Positions 24,937-37,375 of a stretch of DNA of 53,849 bases are shown piece after piece. The notes under the pieces were generated by a model, which saw only the letters and a list, made by a program, of their open reading frames with translations, had not been told where the DNA came from and ran no database searches. Origin of the DNA: Atractiella rhizophila (taxonomy: Eukaryota). The stretch is taken from NCBI GenBank assembly GCA_021432655.1, contig MU271489.1, positions 1 to 53,849 on the forward strand, in the 5' to 3' direction. The first letter of the stretch is position 1, and each line of letters starts with the position of its first letter. The translations under genes and the position numbers were made by a program.

Positions 24937-27900
24937 CTAGGTTGGATTGACAATCGCCTCCTCTTCAGCATCGCGGACATTATCGACAAATTCAACAGGC
25001 TCGTCCATGTCAACGGGAGGACCAGAAACGACCTCATATTTGAGTCGACCGTAGCATTCAACGATGACCAACGCTGTCGAAACCGCTATACCGCCCCATT
25101 CAACCTTTGCTCAGTATAAAATATTAAACATACCGGTGTACAGTCCCAGAAAGGAGATGTTTGAGATGTTAAGCAGGGGGAAAAGCGCAAATGCCACCAC
25201 AGTGTACAGTCCCAGAAAGGAGATGTTTGAGATGTTAAGCAGGGGGAAAAGCGCAAATGCCACCACAACTGCCAATCGTATGACAATTCGTACCTCGCGA
25301 GTTAACAAGGACGAGCCTGCGGCATCAAGACTGCGATGCAATGCACCAATGATGGTCATGCCTGCACAACAATCAGCATCTACCGACACAATAATGTATG
25401 AAGCGAACTGAGTAGAGCAACGCTCAGGCTTCCTCCATAATACCTGAAAACCTCATCAGCTTTCAGTTTGAAGGCAGCACAAACACTTGCCATCTCACTC
25501 CTGAGCTGGACTCGCCTTCCACGACCAAGACTTTTAGGCCTGAACTGGCAAGGATCTGGTTTCGATTGAGTCAAATCCAATCTCCGCGATTCGCAAACCC
25601 ACCAATGAGCTAACGAGGGGGAGATGTGCATGTGTGAATGACCATGAGGTGAACCAATGACGTCTGCAACCCTTCTAAATACCAGATGCACCCAAATGTC
25701 AAAGCATTACCTGAAAGCATGCACGAAATTAGCTGAAAATTCCCCTATAAAAATGTCAGGAGAGTTTTGGAATATCCGGTAACTAGCCGACCATCGAAGT
25801 AGCTCCAGTTTAAACTGAACACTGTGATCATAGCCTGAAGGGCAAATCAGTTAGTGTCCTCAAGGCGGTACGGGATAAAGACCAACCAAAGCTGCTCTGC
25901 CGTACGTCGTAGTGAGACCAGGTCCAGATCCAGTTGCCACATAAAGAATGTTGAGAACGCTGTCACCTGTTGTGCTGTTAGAAATTACTCTGGTAGTCCT
26001 GGAGAACAAACCCAAAACGACAATGACAAAGGCGGACAATCTATCGACCGCATGTTCAATGTTGATGGCGATGTGATAGAGCCCGTTCTTCTGAGCCGNN
26101 NNNNNNNNNNNNNNNNNNNNNNNNNNNNNNNNNNNNNNNNNNNNNNNNNNNNNNNNNNNNNNNNNNNNNNNNNNNNNNNNNNNNNNNNNNNNNNNNNNNN
26201 NNNNNNNNNNNNNNNNNNNNNNNNNNNNNCTGTCGACTGCATGTTCAATATTGATGGCGATGTGGTAGAGCCCGTTCTTCTGAGCCGCTTTGAAGCATTC
26301 TTTGATGTTCTCGTTATGTTCCGGAAAATTGGGGTCAAGGGTATCTAGGGCGGTAGTGTCTTGCTTCTCCAAATCCATGTCACCACTGCTCCCCTCTTGA
26401 CATGTCCCTTCCCGGCAGACCTCGAAAGTCTTCTTTTCCGTTGCTGATGAACCAAGTTTCACCTCGTTTCGCCGTAGTCGCATGTCGGCCGCTTTCGAAA
26501 AGGGACAACTTCCTCTTTTTTTATGATCCCTCTCGACTTTCTTGATCTTCTTGTGATGGATCCTGGCGTACAGCATAACCGGGATGAAAAGGAGCAAATC
26601 GCAGAGCTGGCGCAAGCTTCAGTTGAGACTAGCACGCTCGATCAAGCAACCCACAATCGAAGTGATGACCAGTGCGCATTTTTCGAAGTAGGAACCGTCA
26701 TGAAACATTATTGCGAACACAAACATGGTTGTGATGAACGTGAGAGAAATGGAGAAAAAGTAGGACATCCGAAATGCTGGAAGATGGTAAAACTAGGCAC
26801 TCTTTAGCTCACCCAAGTAGTGTCAATATGGTTTCGAACTCACGTAGGCAAGCTGATAAAACATCCTCGAAAATTTTGCCACAACAAAGAAAGCGATGGC
26901 GGCTCTGATGTAAGGGAAGGAGAGCGAGGAGATCAGCTTTGAGTCGCTCGGTTCCTCGGTTGTACTGCTCCCTTCCGCTACAGCAGCATGCGCCACCGAC
27001 TCTGCGAACTCCAGCAGCTCGTGGGGATTGATGATGACAGCAGCGCTGGCAGTGTAGCCAATCAAAAGTAACTTCATTCTTCTGTCAGTCATAGGTTCAA
27101 GTGATTTAGAAGAGCTAACCATGTTCCAGAGGATGAAGCAGCGCTGGACCACGTCGTCGGTACCTGTTCATGGACCTTCAACACTCAATCACTTTTCGTG
27201 AACTGGATAACCTTACCACTTTGATTTGTGAATGTACCTGGTATGGCTTGAGATCAATCGAAAGTAATAAGAGAAGACTTACGCATGTCGCTCCAGATCG
27301 AATACACAGGGTTAAAGACCAAGAAGAAACGAAGTACAGCATTCCCACTGATATTTTCGGCTGCCTTGTCAGCGAGCACATGAACTGCAGCGGTTTTATC
27401 AGGCAAAAGCAAGGTCTGAGAGCGTGGAACTAACCAATAGCGACCTGTGATACCAGTTACTGAAAGTATCTGCTGGAACAGAAGATGTGCATACAATAAG
27501 CAAGTCCCAGAAAAGCTCGAAGCGGCATGGGGTTCTTTGATCAGCTTCTCGATATAGCTTGCCCTATCTTTCAAATTCAGTGCTAGCGCCTCGCACATGA
27601 AGGGATAGATGCACATTATGCAGCCATTGGCGGACAATAAGGGGACGAAAGAGATCCTTCAGGCTGACTAGATGTTCCTCATTGGAATAGGTATCGATAT
27701 GGTGATAATTGAGGAATTCCTGGTCCGTTGTCGTCGCCTTCTTCATATTATCCTCGTAATCGATCTGTTGGCTCCTCCACGTCTTTGTTTGCTTGAGAGC
27801 ATGGACGTTACACTGGCATTTTGGTCGATCTCGACTCAGCAGTTGCGACCAGGACATGGAGGATGAGCAGGTGCATCGTCCAGTATTACTGATCACTGCA

Positions 27901-28395
27901 GCTCCGAAGGGATTTACATCGACCAGAGTTTCAGAAGAACTTGAGGAGGGAGATTCTGCCTCTTCGACGTGTGTGGGAAGCGGACGCGGACGAAGTTTGT
28001 CCGAGAGTGCATTGATGATACTTTCTTGTGCGGATGCTTCATGTGGGGCTGATGAGGAACCAACGATTGCTGCATCCCGTGAATTAATGTGATGAGCAGA
28101 GTTACGCGCTGTGAGGGAGAGTAACTCCGTACCGTCCGTTACCGCGAATGAGCCTCTGTCCGAGTCAAAAGGAAGAGTTTTGAGCTCCAGTTCAACTGGA
28201 TAGTTGGGATACGCACCGAGGAGCGAGATTCATCCCTCCACCTGCGGTCGCTCTCCTTCCGCGATTGGGAACATTGAGCGAGGCTGCGACCGCGGCGCTT
28301 CCAGCGTTCGAGAGCCTCCTTCCTCCTCCGCTCCCTGCCCCGGAGAGATTCGACGGGCGGCGTCCGAGAGACGCGAGTGACTGAAGGTCTGACAT
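24937..28395 (-). CDS. LtrA (low temperature requirement A)-family multi-pass membrane protein, multi-exon, spans the N-gap
   Basis: LFRPLIVRQWLH; AAVHVLADKAAENISGNAVLRFFLVFNPVYSIWSDMR; TDDVVQRCFILWNM; HIAINIEHAVDRLSAFVIVVLG. The last exon ends ...EEEAIVNPT* at 24937. Start is probably MSDLQSL at 28395. Confidence 0.72.
25136..25267. repeat. Perfect 66-bp tandem duplication, in frame in the LtrA gene
   Basis: 25136-25201 is identical to 25202-25267 and duplicates VVAFALFPLLNISNISFLGLYT. Confidence 0.95.
26099..26229. other. Assembly gap (Ns) flanked by two variant copies of the same ~59 bp
   Basis: 26040-26098 matches 26230-26288 with 4 substitutions. Confidence 0.95.
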
Positions 28396-30217
28396 TTCCT
28401 TCACTCGACACTTACTTAAGGGAGAGACGTTCGCAGGTCGTTTTGTAAACCTGATCCTCACTTGCTTGGCCGGTGCTGTTGGAAGCGGAATAAAAATGCG
28501 GCGTTCGGTCAGAAGGAGAACACGTGATTCGTCCGAAATCCGAGAGGACTGGTGTTATGTTGCGATATCGCTGATATAGTTGTCGCCATTACTGTAGGCA
28601 CAGGCAGAAGGTGAACGCAGAGGGCGTAAAATACAGCGAGACTGCATACAGACAGTATACAGGCTAAACAGGACTAGTGTGATCCGCCATTTTAAATTGG
28701 AAGCAGGCTTTGTCCAATTGTTCAATTGGCAATGCAAAGACCTCACGTCTTTAGAACACGCTGTTCGTTTTGAGATTTTCTTTGGCGAGAATGATGAGAG
28801 CCAAAAATACAAGCAAAGTCAGCAGCGCTGGGGGCATCTGAGATGAAAGTGCTGTCCAGGTAATCGAGGCGGCAGAGACAATGGATATAACGAAGGCAGG
28901 TGTACCTGTCTTGGAATCCACCACCTGCGTAGAGCTGGGAGAAAGCCGCCCTTACAAACAGAAAGGAGGCTTGTTTTTATGAGTCTACCTGCTCGGTCTG
29001 AGGCGTCGTGCGCCGTTCACTGCATATCTCAGCGCTCAGCCTCGAGCAGCGCATATACCCATGTAGATCAGACAACGAGACAACTTTGAGAAAAGACTGA
29101 TGAGCGCTTGACAAAGGACCCATTCCACCTTGGCACGAAACGCAAAAGGCACGAAACGCACTGTGTGAGTCCACTGGTTTTTAGAGCAGCCCGTGAATGA
29201 AATCAAACCACTTCCTCCTAAATGCACTGAGAGCTACTTAGGGGTCAAGAAACGTCTGTATTGCCTTGCTTCAAGCACCCTCGTTAAAATAAGACTGGAT
29301 GGTGCGTGCGGGGCCAGCAGGTTTGTCATCCAGGCCGGGAGTAGCCGCACAGAGCAGATTTTATTGAGCTTACTAGTCAGCTTCAGCTTCATCACTCTTC
29401 AGATGACACCGCTACACTCTTAACTCATATTGCACAAGAGTAGAAATACATTGAGCTGAAGCAAATGTACCTCCTGTCAGGAGAATTAGTATATCAAGCC
29501 TTGGAGGCGTGCCAGAGTGTGCTACAGGGCTCACTCGAGAATCACTACGAGGTTGACTTTTTAGGCCAAATTATGCCGTTCTCTTCTTGACAGAACCCTC
29601 TGGAAGCTTCTCGACTTTATGCGCACCTCTGAGCTAAAACCAACTGCGTTGCCCTTTCCCGTTTCCACTCACACCCACCACATTACATCCCTTCACATTT
29701 GCCTATACCTTGCCACCTGCTCAATCACCTTACTTAGGCAACTAGACTGCAGAAAAGGTCCAAAGTTGTCGTCGTTGCCACTGCACAATCTCGATCAAAA
29801 GCTCCGACGAAGCCGATTGGCGTCATAACTGTTTGACAACTCGAACAAAAAGGCTGGACATATCTCGAGGAAGTCGCACTGACTTACATAGATTGAGGGC
29901 AGGACTTGGAGTGATTTTGGGTGTAATTTAGGAAGTGCAAACGTTGGTTTTGCTAGCGTGAGGTGGAACAACGACGTGAGTATTTTCGGTGTGCTTTTGA
30001 TGGAGGGGACATGTGTCAAGTAGAAGCGCTTGTTTACAACAAGCTGTACGCATTTTTGAGCGGTTCCCAGGAGATTTTCTCCGTGAAATACTACGAACCA
30101 GTCTTCAGTTCATTTGTTGCGTTTAGTGACTGCTTCTTGTGTGTTTTCATAGGAACGGATTTGTTGAAAGGTTCACTCTGCGGTCTCTAAACCAAATTAA
30201 ACAGGATCCATCTCAGG

Positions 30218-33200
30218 ATGATACTACCAGTTTCTTCGAAGGCGCCATCTCGCATTCCCCGTTTCTGTCGACCACCACGACAACCTTCCTTTCTTCCAAT
30301 CCGCCTCCCTCCTCCGCCACCATACTCCGCCACTCCTTTCCCTCCCACACTCTCTCGCGCATTTTCCTCCGCGACCCCTTTCCGGCAGCAGCAACGCGGA
30401 CCCCAGAATCTGGGAAACATTTTTGGCCAGCCAGCTCCTGCGAAGGGGGAGACCTTGAAAGCGCATTCGGTGGACGTTTCAGCTCTCGCTAGAGAAGGAG
30501 TACTCGACCCTGTCATTGGGAGAGACGAAGAAATCTTGAGGTTTCTACAAGTTTTGAGTCGGCGGACGAAAAATAATCCAGGTGCGTTCAGTTCTCGCAA
30601 TCCTAAGCAGCATCGAGCGTATGAACTTCCTCGCTACCAAGATTAGAACGCTCACGCTCAAGAGAAGGGATGCGCAATTACCATTGCAATTTTTTCTCTT
30701 TCGTCATCGATGACTGTGGACTGTGACAGCACGAGGTGCAGAGACACCTGAAAGTTTCCCCAGTCCAAACAGCATAACTTTATCTCTCATGCCTGAAACT
30801 TGAACGGCTTGAACGAATGTTTGATTCAGAGTGATGCTACTTAACCATGCCATTCACTTGAAGACAAAGTGTTAATTCTTTTGTGTGGGACAGTCCTCAT
30901 TGGCCCCGCTGGCGTTGGAAAGACGGCTATCATCGAGGGATTAGCACAACGAATACTGCGTCGAGAAGTTCCAGTTTCGCTGCAAGATAAGCGGGTACTC
31001 TCTTTGGACCTCGCCTCCCTCATCTCAGGCACCGGCGTCCGCGGATCGTTCGAAGAACGCTTTAAAGCGCTTCTAAATGACATACAAGACGAGCTGGGGA
31101 AGGTAATCATCTTCATTGATGAACTTCATACACTCTTGAACTTGGGCAAAGCGGAAGGTAGCCTCGACGGTGGGAACCTCTTGAAGCCTGCTCTCGCTAG
31201 AGGTTTACAGCTGGCCGGTGCGACTACGTGAGTATTCTCGAACTCGCAGTTGATTTGGAGGTTGAGTTAGGTCTGTTTAGTTTGGATGAGTATCGGAAAA
31301 CAATAGAGAAGGATGCAGCATTGGCGAGAAGATTTCAAGCTATCCAAATACAGGAACCAGGTGTAGCAGGTTCATCTTTTCTTCTATCCTACTCATTCGC
31401 CTTGGCTAATACAGCGAGTGTGCAGAAACGATCACCATGCTCCGAGGCTTGAAAACTAAATACGAGCAACACCATGGCGTGTCCATCTCCGATTCAGCCC
31501 TCGTCTCTGCAGCTGCGTATTCACACCGATACATCACAGATCGATATTTGCCAGACAAGGCCATAGATCTGATCGATGAGGCCGCCTCCTCTCTTCGTAT
31601 AGCCCTGGAGTCCCCTCCTCCTATCCTTCAATCCCTCACGCGTAGCCTTCTTGAGAAACAGATCGAGATGACTTCCTTACAGAAGGACACAGATAGTTTC
31701 TCCGTTGCCAGGAAGGAGAAACTGAAAGAAGAAATCGAAGATCTGGAGCTGCGAAAAGGGGACGTAGAAAGGAGGTGGCAGGAGGAGAGAAAGAGAGTAG
31801 AGCACGTAAGAGCGAAGAGAAAGGAGCTGGAGAAGGCCAAGTTTGAGCTGGAGGAGATGGAACGGCAGGGTAACTTCCTCCGTGCTTCAGAGTTGAGATA
31901 CGGAGTGATTCCGGGGTTGGAGAAGCAATTGCCGGAGGACGTTGCAGAAGGGGAGGAAGAAGATGTGGACGAGGTGCTGAAGGGAGAGAAGGATGGGGTC
32001 CTCATGCTCAGCGATAGGGTTATGCCAAAGGACGTCGCGAGAGTCGTTAGCAAACAGACTGGTGTTCCAGTCACGAATCTCTTTCGAGGGGAGAGGGATC
32101 GATTGCTGGACATGGAGCGGGTGCTGGGTTCTTCAGTTGTCGGGCAAGATGAAGCAGTAAAAGTAGTTTCGGATGCGATAAGAATGTCTCGCACGGGTCT
32201 TCAGTCCTCGCGCAGACCTTTGGCGAGCTTACTCTTTCTTGGACCGACGGGCGTGGGAAAGACGGAGCTTGCGAAAAGACTGGCACAGTTCCTTTTTGAT
32301 GACGAGAAGGCTCTCATAACCATCAACATGTCCGAATATGGAGAGCGGTTCAATGTGTCCAGACTCATTGGTGCCGCACCGGGATATGTGGGATATGAGG
32401 AATCAGGTCAGCTTACTGAGCAAGTAAGGAGAAGACCATATAGCGTAGTGTTGTTTGATGAGTTCGAGAAGGCACATAAAGTACGCCCTTCTTTCCTTAT
32501 TTCTTGGTTTTTTGGATGTTTCTCAATGCCAGAATGCTCACATAGGACGTAGCGAACATTCTCCTACAAATTCTCGACGAAGGGCTACTCCAAGATTCAC
32601 AGGGTCGGAAGATCGACTTCAAAAACACAATTATCATCCTTACCTCCAACCTCGGCTCTGACATCCTCAAGTCCGCCAGCTCCACTAATGCAGATGGGAG
32701 CGTCTCACCTGCTTCAAAGCAAGCAGTCCTCGATTTCGTCGCTGCGAGTTATCCACCAGAGCTTCTCAACAGGCTTGACGACCAGATAGTCTTCAATAAA
32801 TTGTCGAAGCAGGCAATCCTGGACATTGTTGACCTGAGATTGTCAGATGTGCAGAAGAGCTTGGAAGAGAGGCATATGACGCTGGTTTGTGGGGAGGATG
32901 TGAAGATGTGGCTGGCGGATAAGGGGTACGATGTTGTGTACGGAGCAAGAGCTTTAAATCGACTTGTGGGTAGAAAGGTTTGTTCCCTTCCTCTTTCCCC
33001 TTACATCGTGAACTGAGGCGTAAATTGATGTATGTGAACAGATTCGGCAACCGCTTGCTATGGCACTTTTGAAAGGAACCATAAGAAATGGGGATGCGGT
33101 TCATTTCAAGCTGAACGCCACAAAAGACGACATCGAGATTGCAGGGCTGCATGAAGCCGAACCCATGAAGCATGCTGATCCAACACGAGTTCAAGAAAAG

Positions 33201-33224
33201 TTGGATATCATGGAAGAAGAATGA
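30218..33224 (+). CDS. HSP78: Mitochondrial ClpB-family AAA+ disaggregase Hsp78
   Basis: Arg/Ser/Pro-rich presequence and no Clp-N domain; [18 protein letters not shown]^[32 protein letters not shown], second Walker [29 protein letters not shown]. Confidence 0.93.
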
Positions 33225-34428
33225 TCGATCAGGAGAGAATGGTGGATTGGAACTCACTATTGCCACTCAGTTCATGTTTTGTGCGCACTTGTCATTGCTG
33301 TTATATTGATATTCAATATGTAATTTTACCACTCATTAATAGCCATTGAAGTCCTCTGATACTTTGCCCAAACAATTCTAACTTGTCCTGGAATCAGCCT
33401 TTGGTTGTTTGCTGTACTTCCGCAGCATTTGCGATCTCACCACAATTTGGGTCTCAACTTTTGGTTTCTTGTAAAAGCTCCAGCAAGTATGTTTGTCTCT
33501 CCTTTTTCACTATTGTAGCAAATAGTAAAGATAAACGAATGAGTTGTAATAAGCAAGGTTTTGGGCTCTTGCGGCAAGATGGGCGGGGAATCGTCCCATA
33601 GAATCCCTTATTTTGGTTCTATTGAAAGCTGTAAACTTTGTTTTTGTTGTTCCCTTGTTCAAATCGAACGACCATCCAGGACTAGCACCTAAGGAGGTTC
33701 CCTTTCCAGAAGTCCTTCATTCACCTGTATGGCGGGGGCAAGAGGCAATTGAAGTGGAAATATCAGCGCAAATCCCGGTCAAAACAAGCAGTTGGTACTG
33801 ATATGAGGAATGCTGTGAAGTCCTCTTGTGAGCCAGTTCCTTTCACTATATGCAGGAATAGGGGATGTGACGGCACAATCTAGCTCTCAGCTTAAATCAC
33901 AGCGTGAGTGATAAAGCAATGAGCTGCGAATCTGTGCCTGATGAACCAGGGAGGATTAGGTACCTACAGTGGAAATTGCTGGAGAATGGGCAGTCTCGCT
34001 GTTATGAATGCGTTTGTTCCTCTGTATGCACGTATTTTACTGCGTGTTGATTTCTGGATGCAGGATAAACAAAACCCAAACTATACCTTTCCTGCCAACC
34101 ATACCTATGGTATGTTGTACTACTTCAGAATTGAAGGCTCCTAATTTAACTCGTAGAGCCATTCAAATCAAGAGATGTAAGGGGTTTGGTATTATTGACA
34201 TCGCACTTATTTTTACAATAGATATGTGACGGAGCCAGAGCATGATTCGACCGGGGATAATCCAGAATCGCTAGGTAATTGTTCTTCCTGTCAGGACTGT
34301 GGATGACTGATCATGTTTCAGTACTGGAGAGTGCTGCTGCCTCAGCCCTGATGTTTATGGCTGGAATTCCCTCAGTCCTGGGCAAACGACAGCGTTTCTC
34401 TCAGGCTCTACTCACAAATAACAGCAGC

Positions 34429-36165
34429 ATGCAAGAATCAAAGCAGCTCGGTTCAGACCGACAGGCAGTCTGCAAGGAGCCGTTTGTTCCTCCCTTTCGA
34501 TAAGAATAATACAATTTTAACAGAATTACATAGACGCGCGCGCTTGCCTGATTCCCATAGTACGAAATGCGATCGATGTCGGTTCGTTCAGCCTTTTTCT
34601 TGCCCCTTTGATCCTGACGGGTGACCACAGTCGTTTGAACAAAAATTGCCGAAGGTTCAAATTTAGTAAGGATGGTGAAGGAGCCTGCATGCGATGTTCC
34701 AGAGCTGGCGAAAGTTGCAAGTGGCCATCGACAGAAACGGTCGCGCAGAAGGGCTGGATGATAGAGACTTGTGTTCGATGTCGGTTCGTATCCCTTCTCC
34801 TTCTATAAAGACAGAAAGGATAATTAATAGAGATCTTTCATTGGGTAGTCGTTTAAATCGATCTTGCATGCGCACTCCATGGCACAACAGTTGTGTTTCT
34901 TGTTCCAACGATCGCGTCAATTGCAGGTGGGCATGGATAGAAACGGCAACGAATGCAGCCAATACATCAAGAATCTCGTTTGAAACTAAGTCTGAGGGAC
35001 CGGTATCGCTCGAGGTGCACGAAAAGGATACGAGAGAGGTCTGCTCTCGTTGTCGGTTCGTTCTTCCTCCCGTTTTTTCATTCCCTGAGCATCTAGGATC
35101 CACAGTCGCTTGAATCGATCGTGCATGCGCTATTATTGGAGCACAACTTGTGTCTCTTGCGGCATCGACTCTGCCATCTGCAAGTGGCCTTCCAAAGGAA
35201 TGGCCTCAAATGCATCCTCTCACGGACGGCCAACGACTGAGGACGAAACCCAAGGGCTAACGCGAGTCAACTTGCGGGCGAGAGAGGCAGCAGAAGAAGG
35301 CTGTAACCGTTGTCGGTTTGTTCATCCTCTTGATTACAAGTATAACTTGTGGACTGACTGAGCCAGGCGTTTGAACCGAGAATGCATCGCCAATTCATCG
35401 AGTGGGGGGACTTGTCTGCGTTGCGCACGTGAGGGTGCTGTATGCCAGTGGGCATCGAAGGCACCACCTAGCCCTATATCGGAGACTCATTCGGTTCAGC
35501 AACTCCGCGACGGAACGAACGAGTCGTTTGAGGCAGATCTGAGCGATGGAGGGATCAGAGAGGTCTGCGACCGTTGTCGGTTCGTATCTCTGCTCATCCC
35601 TCGAGTCACTTTCCTGAGGTAGGGAACTGGATAGCCGTTTAAACAGACCCTGCATGAACAATCCTAGAGGCGGACACGAGTGCCTTTCTTGTGCCAACGA
35701 TGGTGCCCTCTGCAAAACGACTACAAAAGAAATGTTCAACCGTTATTCGACTGTCTCTATGGACAATGCTATTGACGGACCGGCACAAGCAAAGTTACTG
35801 CAAGAGGCAGAAGACAAGTGTGACCGTTGTCGGTACGTGGTATCTTTTTCTTCTGGTAGTTAAACTAACATTACTAACAATGGCGTAACAGTCGCTTGAA
35901 CATAGAATGTACACCAAATTGCCTCATTTGTCGTCCTTGCGCTCGGAGCGGTACGACTTGCAGGTGGACGACAAAGGAACCTAACGTACCGACTCCTTCG
36001 AAGGTTATCGTGCAGCCTATGGTGGCTGGACCGCCCCCCTCCAGGGAAGATGAACTTTATGCGACACGGGACGGGTGGTTGGAAAACCAACGTCGTCGTG
36101 AAGGATATGGACGGGGAGATGTACAGGAGGAGTGGAACCACTTAATTCGTGGTATGGATGTCTAA
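34429..36165 (+). CDS. Protein with six tandem Zn(II)2Cys6-like clusters and no evident Fungal_trans domain
   Basis: After splicing there are six units of CxxCRRLNxxC-x(5-12)-CxxC-x6-C, each interrupted by an intron at the same phase-2 position after TGTCG. Start may be slightly further upstream. Confidence 0.75.
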
Positions 36166-37375
36166 AGTGAGCTCACTTCAAGTTTGCTTCTTGTGTGTAA
36201 AGCTCAATTTATTGCCTATAGTACCTGTGCTACTGCTCATGTGTATTGGTTTTAAGCTCTGCATTGCAATGTCTTGTATTTATGTCCTCGTCAGTTAGAG
36301 AATGTGAAAAGGTGTCGCAGTCGCAAATCAGTGGAAGCGATGGCCTAGCAAGGATCCCCAGAACTTTCAAGCCTCCATGGCTTTAACTGTGATCCCCTGC
36401 GTTTCTCATACCCCTGTCCCGTCCGATCTCATCTCGACACCTTGGTCGGCTTTGTGACAATACCCTACACTAAAAGACCAGAAGCACGTAAGAGACAATA
36501 AAGACAGGGGTCGACGGGCTTTCATCTCATCTTCAAATGTAGCTCCATGTCATGCTCAAAATCAGATGTCCCGATGGAAGAACTTTGACGTTGAAGTTCA
36601 AGCAGGAAAATCGAGAAAATCCTCCAGATTTAGACTCCTTCGAGTCGCCGTCGTTCTACACCGATCATCAAACAGTTACCCTGACCGTTCGCCCACTCTC
36701 TGCAAGTTCGCAGTAAAATCGTGAGGAGAGGGCCTCACTTGGAAGTTTGAGGTTCTTTTAACTTCTATTGGTGACCGGAGTTCCGTATGGCTTTCTCATC
36801 GATCTGGGGATACGAAACACCAGTCGGCATGAGATCGAGGGCGAAGTTCGGCTGTTCGTAGACTTTTATATGCCAGCCATTTCGGATTCCAAATGTTCTC
36901 TCGCACATCTCGCTTGAACTCGACCTGGAACTCGACCTTTTCTCGGGTTGACAGTCTGGAATCCACGGAATACCTCGCAAATTCGATGGGCATCTCAGCT
37001 TCGAACCTCTACAAGAAATATGGGCGTTCCAGAAGGCAGGATACGATCTTCATATCTAGTTGGCGAACCCAGATGAGCCTCCTGATTGTGGCGCAGCGTC
37101 AAATAAATTCGTGAGTGTCTGAGACACGTGACTTCGATCAATTTCAACGACGAACATCTCCTCCTTCGACCATTCTGGACGCTTCCACGCAGCTCGGATA
37201 AGGAATAACATTGGCCGGATAAGTCGCTGGAAGGTGAATTGTAAGATCTCGACAAGCGTCTCGTGCTTCTGATTGCTGAGCATCGTCCGGCGTTACCAAT
37301 CTGACCTTGTCTGTAGCATTCAACTCGACTCGGTTCTACGTGGGTTGTACGCTCTGGACACCAAGTCGACACTCA

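Noticed and set aside
28555..30190. Short ORFs between LtrA and HSP78
   Set aside because: No motifs or coherent exon structure; treated as divergent intergenic DNA.
31628..32194. 188-aa antisense ORF within HSP78, and similar shadow ORFs over the MDR, F-box-like and RT genes
   Set aside because: Antisense open frames arising from codon bias; no independent motifs.
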